Origin: Octopus sinensis | Taxonomy: Eukaryota | DNA: 64,000 nt | Reading direction: 5' to 3' | NCBI RefSeq assembly: GCF_006345805.1 | Contig: NC_042999.1 | Span: forward strand, 13,392,001-13,456,000 | Shown: in pieces, positions 1 to 11,232 of the stretch | Layout: each line of letters starts with the position of its first letter | Numbering within the stretch: position 1 is the first letter of the stretch | The notes under the pieces: generated by a model | The model's database searches: none | What the model saw: only the letters and a program-made list of their open reading frames with translations | Told to the model about the DNA's origin: nothing | Position numbers and translations under genes: made by a program

Positions 1-235
1 TAAATAGTATATATAGTAAAATGAAATGAAGTGTTGATTATCTTATTGAATAGATGAAATATTGAATATCAAATATTAAGGGACTGCAGTTGAAATATTC
101 CTGTCACAACCTGGGACCTTGAAGACTGCTTAAATGCAAGAAAGTATACTAGTCCCATAATAGTTGATATTCAATATTTCATCTATTCAATAAGACAATC
201 AATACTTCATTTCATTTTACTATATATACTATTTA
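1..235. repeat. Foldback inverted repeat (arms 1-85 and 151-235; may extend left of the window) with a hammerhead-like motif in the spacer
   Basis: The reverse complement of 151-235 matches 1-85 with about 4 mismatches. Confidence 0.9.
113..156 (+). ncRNA. Minimal type-I hammerhead ribozyme-like motif (slightly degenerate)
   Basis: GGGAC-CTTGAAGA-CTGC[TTAAAT]GCAA-GAAA-GTATAC-TA-GTCCC. Helix I is GGGAC/GTCCC and helix III is the palindrome AGTATACT. There is one extra core nucleotide and a C.A mismatch at the base of helix II. Confidence 0.6.
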
Positions 236-353
236 TACTATATATTCTATATTCTACATTAATATTATAAGAATATAAATAAAACATAAAAAACAGAGTT
301 GGAATTCCTTTCAATAATATATATCCCTCTATACACAATCATACAAACCCCTT

Positions 354-385
<32 letters not shown>

Positions 386-880
386 GTAAATATGTGTGTG
401 TGTGCGTATGTATATGTGTATATATGTATGTGTGTGTGTTTACATATGTGTAATATCTATCTATCTATCTGTGTGTGTGTGTGTGTGTTACAGAAGTATC
501 AGCACCAAGTAGTGTTTAGCCACAGACAAACTTTACGTTAAGGCAAATTTACTGTAGTTACCGTGAAGAAAAAAAATTCTCTTCAGACAAAAAGTGTAAA
601 AACATCATATCTGTTTAGTGCTGTTCCCTGTCGAATTCCCCGACACGTTTCTAGCTCCTTAGACGTAGTCAATAGGAACTACCGAAGAGAGGCAACTCTA
701 GACAGGCTTAATTAAAGCCGCAGCTTTAACTAAAACACACATACACACACACATATATATAGCAGCTGAAATATATGACAAACATATTTCAGCTAACCTA
801 AATTGTGAATCAATAATAATAATAAGGATTATATATATATAAAGGGGTTTGTATGAGTGTATAGAGGGATATAATAATAA

Positions 881-1034
881 GGCGGTGAGCTGAGGTCGAC
901 TTTGCCTTTCATCCTCTCGGGGTCGATAAATTAAGTACCAGTTGCGCACTGGGGTCGATATAATAGACTTAATCCGTTTGTCTGTTCTTGTTTGTCCCCT
1001 CTGTGTTTAACCCCTTGTGGGTAGTAAAGAAATA
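881..1034 (+). mobile_element. tRNA-headed SINE family A, internally deleted copy
   Basis: Shares GAGGTCGACTTTGCCTTTCATCC...GGGGTCGAT...GTAAAGAAATA with more than 10 other copies in the window. Confidence 0.85.
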
Positions 1035-1114
1035 AATAATAATAAGGATTATTATGAAGTACCATTAGCATTACCTTTAATTCTTTTTATATTTAAAACA
1101 GTCTCAAATAGACC

Positions 1115-1117
<3 letters not shown>

Positions 1118-1174
<57 letters not shown>

Positions 1175-1179
1175 CAGAC

Positions 1180-1251
<72 letters not shown>

Positions 1252-1441
1252 TGACAGATAGATAGATAGATAGACAGACAGATAGATAGATAGAAAGATA
1301 TATAGATGGATGAATAGATAGATAGATAAATAGATAGACAGACAGATAGACGGATAGATAGATGGATAGATAGATAGATAGATAGATTGATAGATATATG
1401 GATAGATAGATAGACAGATAGATAGGTAGATAGATAGATAG

Positions 1442-1477
<36 letters not shown>

Positions 1478-1692
1478 AGATAGATAGATAGATTGACAGA
1501 TAGATAGATAGATAGACAGACAGATAGATGATAGAAAGATATATAGATGGATGAATAGATAGATAGATAAATAGATAGACAGACAGATAGACGGATAGAT
1601 AGATGGATAGATAGATAGATATAGATAGATAGATAGATATAGATAGATAGATAGATAGACAGATAGATAGGTAGATAGATAGATAGATAGAT

Positions 1693-1725
<33 letters not shown>

Positions 1726-1733
1726 GAGATAGA
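1118..1733. repeat. (AGAT)n microsatellite with an internal higher-order duplication of about 240 bp
   Basis: Direct reading. The variant block GATTGACAG...GAAAGATATATAGATGGATGAAT recurs at about 1250 and 1491. Confidence 0.95.
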
Positions 1734-2056
1734 CCTAAATGTGCTTCTACTGCATCGATTAGTAATCGTTGCAATTACAACCTTACTATAATACTGGTGC
1801 AGTTTCCTCAGGGTATCACTTTAATATCCTTTGATTTAACTGTTTAAAGTTTCATCTTGATTTTCTTTGCGGTCTATGATGCGGAGTTACGTTAATTTAG
1901 TTGCGAACTGTCTTCAGTTATTGATTGGATAACCGCTCAGTTTATATATATCATTCATTTTTTTTCATTTTATCTAGTTTCAGCTCACGAGGTGTGGCCA
2001 TGCTGGGGCACCGCCATATATATATATATATATATATACATACATACATACATACC

Positions 2057-2089
<33 letters not shown>

Positions 2090-2090
2090 A

Positions 2091-3366
2091 CAGGGTTGGA
2101 CAAAATAATGGGAACAACTTAAAATTTCAAACAAATTTATTTTAATACCTCAGTAGGACTGCCTTTGGCAGTAATTACAGCTTGAATTCTACGATGTAAG
2201 GACTCATACAAAGTTTGAAATGTCTCCAAAGGAATTTTTTCCATTCTTCAGCTAAAATTGAAGTTCTTGTAGTGATGATGGTAGAGAATATCGATTCCTT
2301 ACTTCTTTTTTTTTTTAAAATGCATCATAAATGTTCGATAATATTGAGATCTGGGGACTGTGCTGGCAAGATAACATGTTCAGCTTCAATAGAATGTTCC
2401 TCGTGTTATTCAGTAACAACTTTTGTTGTGTGATTTGGTCCATTATCATCCTGAAAGATTGCGTTTCCCTCCGAAAACAGTTCCGCAAACATAGGATCAA
2501 TTTGATCTGATAGAATGCTTAAATAGTCTTAATTATTAATTCTGCCATGAAGGGAAACCATTGAGCCAGCGGATTTCCAAGATATAGCACCTCCAGATCA
2601 TCACAGATCCTCCTCCATGTTTAACAGTTGGAAGAAGGCAGTCTGGGTCAAATGCTTCTTTTGGCTGTCTCCACACATATACTCGGCCGGTGGTCGGAAA
2701 TAAGGTAAAGGATGGCTCGTCCGAGAAAATAACTTTCTTCCAGTGCTCCGGGGACCAATTCTGTAGGTTTTTACTCCACTCTACATGCTTTACAATGTTT
2801 GTTTTTGAAAGTAATGGTTTTCTGATTGCACCCCTCCCGTGAAATCCGGCTTTGTGCAATTTCCGGTGAAAAGTTTTTGTGGAAACTGGGTTCTGGAGGA
2901 GGTCATTAAGCTCCGCCGTAATTTGGAGATCTGTACTTTTGTGATCCTTTCTAACAATTCGTGTAAGAGTCTGATGGTCCCTATCTGAAAGTTTGGGTTT
3001 TCATCCGGAGTTTTGTTTCGACGAGGAGGTTCTTCCCTCTTTCTCAAAGGCTGTCATTACTTTCGAGACAGTACTTCTTGATATACCAAACATTTCGGCT
3101 GTATTCGTTACGCTAGCGCCTGCCATACGAGCACCAACAATTTGACCTCTTTGAAAGTCCGATAGATCTGTCATTTTAATGAATTTTAATTACCTTTTTT
3201 CTGATGATATCTGAAAAGAAACAGCAATTTAAGCAAAACATATTAAGCAACACTAATAATGAATAAATAAAAACATAAAAATAAACAAGCTTTTGACGGT
3301 TTTTTAGATATTTCAAAATTATGATGCTATGATGCTAGGCGTTTCCATTATTTTGTCCAACCCCTG
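2091..3366 (-). mobile_element. Full-length but decayed Tc1-like DNA transposon
   Basis: TIRs CAGGG(G)TTGGACAAAATAATGG at both ends, with TA on both flanks (2089-2090, 3367-3368). Confidence 0.95.
2143..3174 (-). pseudogene. Tc1-family transposase pseudogene
   Basis: Reads MTDLSDFQRGQIVGARMAGAS... (HTH), VIFSDEPSF, VKHGGGSVMIW, FQDDN and SPDLNIIE, with stops and frameshifts. Confidence 0.93.
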
Positions 3367-3374
3367 TATATATA

Positions 3375-3407
<33 letters not shown>

Positions 3408-3412
<5 letters not shown>

Positions 3413-3550
3413 GTCTGGAGAGAGTCATTTTCGTTGTGTCTTGAGTGTGTTAAATTATAACGCACAAAAAGAAAATGACTCTCCCAAGACACAACAGAAA
3501 ATGCTTCAACACACGAACTGACATAAAGAATCTTGCAAACTAATTCCAAA
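3408..3550 (-). mobile_element. Small foldback repeat, same family as 25093-25332 and 44340-44517
   Basis: Shares ...GACTCTCCC(C)AGACACAACAGAA...GCTTCAACACACGAACT...AAAGAATCTTGCAAAC. Short inverted arms at 3411-3433 and 3471-3492. Confidence 0.75.
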
Positions 3551-3868
3551 AACGAAATACACACACCCACACACACATACATATATATGCACACACACAC
3601 GCGCGCAGAAAACTGTACCAAGTTTCACTGCCTCTTTTGGCGGGGTTCTCACAGCTGGATGCCCTTCCTTATATCAACCACCTTACAGAGATGTATGTAT
3701 GTATGTATATATGTATGTATGTATGTATGTATGTAAGTATGTATTAGTGTATAATTGTTCTCTAAAATGAATCTAAGTCCTTCTATTATAAGGTCTTTGT
3801 TTATGCGAGTTGGGGAGTTCAAAGGGGTAGTTATTCAGCCAGAAGGTGATCGCTTCTATTCCTAGGTT

Positions 3869-5833
3869 GTGAGGGATGTTAAACAAAAACACAGCCCTAA
3901 CTTCAACAAAAGAGAATGGAACGACCTCATCAAACTAAGAGAAGACAAAACAATAACAATTAAGGAGGCAGATAAGGGCAACGCGATAGTAACAATGAAT
4001 ACAAACAATTATAAAAATTTAGTGCTATCCCTATTAAGAGATGAAACGTATTATGAAAGGGCCCAACAGTATAACCAGCAAAAAATAATGCATAACCTTA
4101 GGACATTAATCAACACATACCAAGAAGGACTCACGAACAAGGAGTATGAATACATCACTAACTTCAAATGCAAATCGAGTTTGTTCTATGGTATCCCTAA
4201 GGTACACAAAAGCCAAACCATTAGAGAAACGTGCAAAACATCCACCGACACACTCATCAAAATCCCTTCACCAAATGATCTTAAACTAAGACCGATAATA
4301 GCAGGACCAGCATGTGAAACTCACCGCCTCAGCAATTTCTTAGACACACTTCTTAAACCTTTCCTAAAACACATCAAAAGCTACGTAAGAGACGATATAG
4401 ATATGCTCAACCACCTCCCTAAAACAGTCAATGAGAAAACCCTTCTAGTATCATTCGACGTAGTTAATCTTTATTCTAACATCCCTCACAACCTAGGAAT
4501 AGAAGCGATCACCTTCTGGCTGAATAACTACCCCTTTGAACTCCCAACTCGCATAAACAAAGACCTTATAATAGAAGGACTTAGATTCATTTTAGAGAAC
4601 AATTATTTTATTTTTGACAATGATTTCTACAGGCAAAGATCGGGAACAGCGATGGGCACGCGTACTGCACCATCTTTTGCCAACCTAGTGATGGGATACC
4701 TCGAGAAAATACTATACCGGATGACACTCGAGAAATATGGAAACACCTTCGCCACCTATATCCATAACAACTGGAAAAGATACCTCGATGACTGTTTCAT
4801 CATCTGGGACAAAGGTATAGAGAAACTTGAGGAATTTAAAATACTATTAAATGGAATAAATGACAATATACAATTCACGATGGACCACAACGAAAAAGAA
4901 TTACCATTTTTAGACATCCTCATTAAGAAAACCGGCAACAAAATAGAGACAGATATCTACTATAAACCGACAGACTCTAAACAGTACCTACCCTTTGATT
5001 CATGCCACCCACGACACACTAGAATGAATGTCCCTTTTTGTTTAGCTAGAAGGATTTGCACCATAATATCAGACACAAACACCCGACACACACGTCTCCA
5101 GGAACTTAGAACCACACTCACAAATAGAAACTATCCACAGCCCCTAATAGACAGTGCAATCCAACGGGTACTTAAATTAAGTATAGAAGACCTGAGACAA
5201 ACAAAACCAAAAAAGAAAGAACAATTAAAAACCCTTCCCTACATTTCTACACACAACCCACTCAACAATGAGGCCTTCAACACCATACTACAAAGCACAG
5301 CCCTACTAAAGGGAGACCCAAAGATGAACCGGATCCTCGAAACACACACCATCATTAAAAGTAAACGGCAACCAAAATCCTTGAAAAGGATTTTAACCCA
5401 AGCTACACTGCACTCAACATCAACCACAAAACCAGCAATTAGAAAATGTGGAAGGCCCAACTGCGGAATCTGTGTCATCTTGAAAGAAGGATCAGAATTT
5501 ATACTGGAACAAGGCCACCAGTTCACCATTAGAACAAACTTCACCTGCGCATCAGAAAACTTAATTTACGTCATAACATGCGCAGGCTGCAATAGGCAGT
5601 ATATAGGCCATACAAAAAATAGCTTACGTAACAGGATGGCGGTGCATAAATCACAAATTAGAAACCCTGATTACCGCAAAATACCGGTCAGCGGACACAT
5701 AGATAGATGTGCTGGAAATGTAAATCCGAAATTTACAACTAACCCGCTCTATAAATTCAGTGACAACGCAACCTTCACACAACGCCAAAATAAAGAACTA
5801 TATTTCATAAAAAAAAATTTAGACCAAGTTTAA
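3869..5833 (+). CDS. PLE reverse transcriptase + GIY-YIG endonuclease (N-terminally truncated; genuine element sequence starts at about 3882)
   Basis: 654-aa open frame containing ADKG, LRPII, SFDVVNLYSNIP, QRSGTAMG...APSFANL, RYLDDCF, IYYKPTD, the linker CGRPNCGIC and LIYVITCAGCNRQYIGHT...R...H. Confidence 0.95.
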   Translation: MRDVKQKHSPNFNKREWNDLIKLREDKTITIKEADKGNAIVTMNTNNYKNLVLSLLRDETYYERAQQYNQQKIMHNLRTLINTYQEGLTNKEYEYITNFKCKSSLFYGIPKVHKSQTIRETCKTSTDTLIKIPSPNDLKLRPIIAGPACETHRLSNFLDTLLKPFLKHIKSYVRDDIDMLNHLPKTVNEKTLLVSFDVVNLYSNIPHNLGIEAITFWLNNYPFELPTRINKDLIIEGLRFILENNYFIFDNDFYRQRSGTAMGTRTAPSFANLVMGYLEKILYRMTLEKYGNTFATYIHNNWKRYLDDCFIIWDKGIEKLEEFKILLNGINDNIQFTMDHNEKELPFLDILIKKTGNKIETDIYYKPTDSKQYLPFDSCHPRHTRMNVPFCLARRICTIISDTNTRHTRLQELRTTLTNRNYPQPLIDSAIQRVLKLSIEDLRQTKPKKKEQLKTLPYISTHNPLNNEAFNTILQSTALLKGDPKMNRILETHTIIKSKRQPKSLKRILTQATLHSTSTTKPAIRKCGRPNCGICVILKEGSEFILEQGHQFTIRTNFTCASENLIYVITCAGCNRQYIGHTKNSLRNRMAVHKSQIRNPDYRKIPVSGHIDRCAGNVNPKFTTNPLYKFSDNATFTQRQNKELYFIKKNLDQV

Positions 5834-6026
5834 ACACCCTGGGCCAGGAATACTAAAACAAAAGATAAGTCCCCCGAAAAGGAGAAGCAAAATTCCACCA
5901 CGACCGCTACTTCAAACAGACACTCACTCTGACGGAAATATACCTAAGTAAAAAAGGGAAAAAAATTCTTTCGTGCAAATCTGACCCTGGTACATACGAT
6001 ACAGCTAAGGGTCAGACCCGATTCTG

Positions 6027-6491
6027 ATTGGTCAACAAGTTGATGACGTCTAGCTCAGCTAGAATGGACAGGATACAAACAGGGGACAGTCATTAGTCAG
6101 AATATTGATGACGTCCTTTTCTGCTTGAATAGTCACCTAACAAGTACAGACAGGGGGCAGATCTAATGTAGCTATAAGTCGTGATTGGGCAGAATCTGCA
6201 TGACGTCCCGTTCTGCTTGACTAACGAAGCGACTGGTCAGGACAGGAAACAAACAAGAGGCAGTTATAATGCAGCGATTGGTCAAAATAATGATGACGTC
6301 CCGTTCTACTTGACTAACGAAGCGACTGGTCAAAACAGGAAAACAAACAAGAGGCAGTTATAATGCAGCGATTGGTCAAAATAATGATGACGTCCCGTTC
6401 TACTTGACTAAAGCCACCTAACGAAACGATTGGTCAAAACGTTGATGACGTCACGCTACGCTGAATTGACCACCTAACAGGCATTATAAAA
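6027..6491 (+). promoter_or_regulatory. PLE pseudo-LTR promoter: six ATTGG-N12-TGACGTC modules followed by TATAAAA
   Basis: ATTGG (once ATTAG) at 6027, 6092, 6184, 6277, 6371 and 6429, each followed after exactly 12 nt by TGACGTC. TATAAAA at 6485-6491. Confidence 0.7.
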
Positions 6492-6827
6492 CCGAACACT
6501 TCACAAAAACCCATTAGAACCACCCAGCGAACATCCACCATGGGTCATCACATTTGCTTAAGGTAAAAATGAATTCCTCGCTCTTTCGGAAACATCAATC
6601 TTCTGTATTGACCGCTTTCCACCACTTTGATCTGTTTTTTGTATTGAATACGTATCGCCACCGTGGGCCACTGCATCGAACACTTTGAACATATACTTCA
6701 AACTATATATCAACTATACATGAACTATATATCAACTATACATGAACTCTAAGATGTCTGACTCCGTTGTGTATTATAATGAATTTCTTGTGTTTGACGG
6801 CATGAGCTGTCTTTTTTTATATATAAC

Positions 6828-6870
6828 TTTTTTTGATAAAGTTCATTTCAGGAACTGAAACATGTTATAA
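6828..6870 (+). ncRNA. Hammerhead motif with U3-A8 core at the 3' end of the PLE
   Basis: TTGATAA-AGTTC[ATTTCAG]GAACT-GAAA-CATG-TT. Helix II is 5 bp and helix III is the palindrome ACATGT. The helix I 3' strand pairs poorly. Confidence 0.65.
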
Positions 6871-6929
6871 TGTATATATATAAAATTAAAAATTGTATAA
6901 TACAGCAGCATTTTCGAACTTCATTTTTT

Positions 6930-6967
<38 letters not shown>

Positions 6968-7651
6968 GTACACATTTATGTTTGGATATAGGACAGACTT
7001 CTATACAATCTCTGTCTACCAGATTCACTCACAAAGCTGGCCCGGACCTGTGGCGCCGTGAGACTCAACCCGAAATCACGTGGCTACAAAACGAACTTCC
7101 TAATCCCAGTGATGTCTAAATTAATAGGCAAAGCATCCCAGCCTGCTCGACATATCAATTATTCAGCAAAACTTTACATTCCAGTCGAAGGTGGCAGAAG
7201 ACTATAGGGTATCACAGTTTGTTGAAGATGGTTTTTATGTTTGCGTGTTTGCTTTGAAAACCTCCAGAAGAAAAACCTGATCTCTTACCAATGAGAAATT
7301 GAAAAGAAGAAAATTAATATGTTAACAATCTCTTTAGTAGCAGAATTTTCGCGAGAAACTAGGCTAAGTTTACAAGAGGTAAATTCTTAAGCTATAGAAG
7401 TAACTAAAATGGATATTAAATTAGCTACTCAGGTTACCATATTGGAAAACCGAAAAAAACCCAAAATCTATTTAATGTATTTTCTGTACAATGTTTCCCT
7501 GAGCTTAATTAGCCATATATAAAAACAGGTGGAGCAGCAGTCGTAGTAGGACTATATTTAATATGCTAGAAGAAACTATGTCATTATAAAAAGGAATATT
7601 GGTTTACATGTTCTTACTGAAACATATACATACACAAACACAGACATACTC

Positions 7652-7878
7652 TTTTATTCTTTTACTTGTTTCAGTCATTTGACTGTGGCCATGCTGGAGC
7701 ACCACCTTTAGTCGAGCAAATCGACCCCAGGACTTATTCTTTGTAAGCATAGTACTTATTCTATCGGCCTCTTTTGCTGAACCGCTAAGTTACGGGGACG
7801 TAAGCACACCACCATCGGTTGTCAAGTGATGCTGGGGTGTGGGGACAAACACAGACACACAAACATACACAAACACAC

Positions 7879-7954
<76 letters not shown>

Positions 7955-8108
7955 ACAGGCTTCTTTCGGCCTCCGTCTACCAAATCCACTGACAAGGCTT
8001 TGGTTGGACCGAGGCTATAGTAGAAGACACTTGCCCAAGGTGCCACGCAGTGGAACTGAACCCAGAACCATGAGTTTTGGTAAGCAAGCTACTTACCGCA
8101 CAGCCACA
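7652..8108 (-). mobile_element. tRNA-headed SINE family B (internal microsatellite), full copy
   Basis: Reverse complement of the copies at 53213 and 54112. Confidence 0.9.
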
Positions 8109-8123
8109 TATATTTTGTGAAAG

Positions 8124-8435
8124 CGTACGGCTCAGTGGTGTTAGAGTGTCGGGCTCAAAATCACGAGGCAGTGAGTTCGATTCCCGGACCGGGCTCTGTG
8201 TTGTGTTCTTGATCAAGACGCTTTATTTCACTTTGCTCCAGTTCACTCAGCTGTAGAAATGAGTTGCGACATCACTGGTGCCAAGCTGCATCGGCCCATT
8301 TTGTCTTTTCCTTGGATAACATCGGTGGCGTGTAGAGGGGAGGCTGGTCTTCCATAAACAACCTTGCCCAGACTTGTGCCTGGGAGGGTAACTTTCTAGG
8401 TGCAGTCCCATGGTCATTCATGGCTAAAGAATGTC
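8124..8435 (+). mobile_element. tRNA-headed SINE family C
   Basis: A-box GGCTCAGTGG and B-box GAGTTCGATTCCC. Homologous to 55203-55542 (minus strand). Confidence 0.88.
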
Positions 8436-8701
8436 TTTACTCTTTTTTTTTATTATATACGTATAACTTGCTCTTAATCGAAGCAAATGGAAGAATAGAA
8501 GGGATGAAGTTTTATACATACACAGAGAATATATTAGAAGCTAATTACATTTTAGAATATAGAAATATACTTTACTGGATTCACATTAGATTTTCAAACG
8601 TGTATAATACATGGAGCTATGTTGCCAATTATGTTTATTTTGGCCGTTGTATAATATAACGTACTATAACGTAAATGTAAAATGCAAATAAGTATGCATA
8701 T

Positions 8702-9665
<964 letters not shown>

Positions 9666-9949
9666 AGAATAAAAAGAAACATTAACATGCCTGAATTACA
9701 CACTCGCACACAGTTAGACACCAACACCCACGCCCGCAGACATGCACACCACACACACATACACACACGCACACGCGCGCGCAGTTGATTTTAGGTAAGA
9801 AATGCCAATCTAGGATCTTAGTGGTTAGCAGCCCCTTACCTGCAACATTCTTCAGGCCCACAAACCTATGGTTATATTATACTGCTTATGAAAATTATAT
9901 TCTTAGTAGTTGTTCACTTACGTAACGCAATACCACAAGAACATGCATC

Positions 9950-10032
<83 letters not shown>

Positions 10033-10062
10033 TATATGCATATATATATACATATATATAAC

Positions 10063-10095
<33 letters not shown>

Positions 10096-10110
10096 TATAT
10101 ATATATATAC

Positions 10111-10141
<31 letters not shown>

Positions 10142-10145
10142 ATAT

Positions 10146-10198
<53 letters not shown>

Positions 10199-10199
10199 G

Positions 10200-10233
<34 letters not shown>

Positions 10234-10255
10234 TGTATGTATGTATGTATGTATG

Positions 10256-10289
<34 letters not shown>

Positions 10290-10320
10290 TGTATTTATGT
10301 ATGTATATCTATCTATGCAT
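9950..10320. repeat. (TA)n / (ATGT)n compound microsatellite
   Basis: Direct reading. Confidence 0.95.
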
Positions 10321-10520
10321 ACATGCACTTAAATTCGATATCCCTTTTGTTAATTAATCCGTGTCACCAGCAAGGCATATATTGATGTGCAAATGCGCAA
10401 ATGCAGTTGCTGTTACCCGTGGCATTTTTATAAGTTACTGTGAACCAATCTCTGTTTCTCTCTGTCTCAGGTAAACACTCAACTGGTATGTTTATCTCAT
10501 TAGTTCTAAAACTGAATTAA

Positions 10521-10560
10521 ACGCCTGACGAGCAGCTAATGACCGGCGAAACTAGCCGAG
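10521..10560 (+). ncRNA. Decayed hammerhead motif
   Basis: CTGACGA-GC...GC-GAAA-CTAG-CC. The core is canonical but U16.1 is changed to C and helix I is broken. Confidence 0.5.
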
Positions 10561-10593
10561 GTATTTGTTCTGTCAGTTAGAAAGGGAGGTGAG

Positions 10594-10619
10594 TGAGAGA
10601 TAGATAGATAGATAGACAA

Positions 10620-10661
<42 letters not shown>

Positions 10662-10731
10662 GGATAGATAGATAGATAGATAGATGGATAGATAGATAGA
10701 TAGAGATAGATAGATAGAGATAGATAGATAG

Positions 10732-10779
<48 letters not shown>

Positions 10780-10862
10780 GGATAGATAGATGGATAGATA
10801 GATAGAGATAGATAAATAGATAGAGAGAGAGAGACAAAGAGAGACAGAGAGGGAGAGAGAGA
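10594..10862. repeat. (AGAT)n/(AG)n microsatellite
   Basis: Direct reading. Confidence 0.95.
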
Positions 10863-11166
10863 CGTGTGCTTTAGCCATGAATGTATTAGCAATTGTGAGA
10901 CCAAATGGTCGGTTATTAACCGTAAATATCTGAATTAATTTTCAAATTTATATAAAGTACTGTCTTAGTACTTTAGTTAATCTGTAACGCTAGTGAATGA
11001 ATTCAGTGTCTGTCGGTCATTGAATGTTCCATAACAACGTACAATCTTCGCTAACTTTGGTAGAACAAATGAAATATTCTTGATGAGCTGGTAATACTCA
11101 ATGAAACTTCTCTTCACAATCTCGGAATTAAATCATAAGGTCTATTTGAACATCATCATCATCATC

Positions 11167-11227
<61 letters not shown>

Positions 11228-11232
<5 letters not shown>

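Larger units (their letters stand above)
3751..6866 (+). mobile_element. Penelope-like retroelement (GIY-YIG PLE, Neptune-like Cys-rich linker), 5'-truncated, with a 5' inverted segment and a 3' pseudo-LTR
   Basis: RT plus GIY-YIG ORF. 3751-3881 is an inverted copy of 4477-4606. The 3' region holds promoter motifs and a terminal hammerhead motif. Confidence 0.93.

Noticed and set aside
3869-3881. GTG start and MRDV N-terminus of the 654-aa ORF
   Set aside because: It derives from the inverted duplicate segment; the element is 5'-truncated.
6181-6460. 93-bp repeats and other short periodic repeats as a CRISPR array
   Set aside because: There are no unique spacers or cas genes, and the context is eukaryotic.
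7141-7600. KLYIPVEGGRRL resembling an R4-type RT C-terminus
   Set aside because: It is a single short motif with no colinear support that I could verify.
8124-8200. tRNA-like A/B boxes here and in the other SINE heads
   Set aside because: They are SINE heads without an acceptor stem or a full cloverleaf, not tRNA genes.
11076-11112. TTGATGA-GCTG...CAAT-GAAAC
   Set aside because: It needs at least three back-mutations to fit a hammerhead; it could be a decayed copy but is unsupported.
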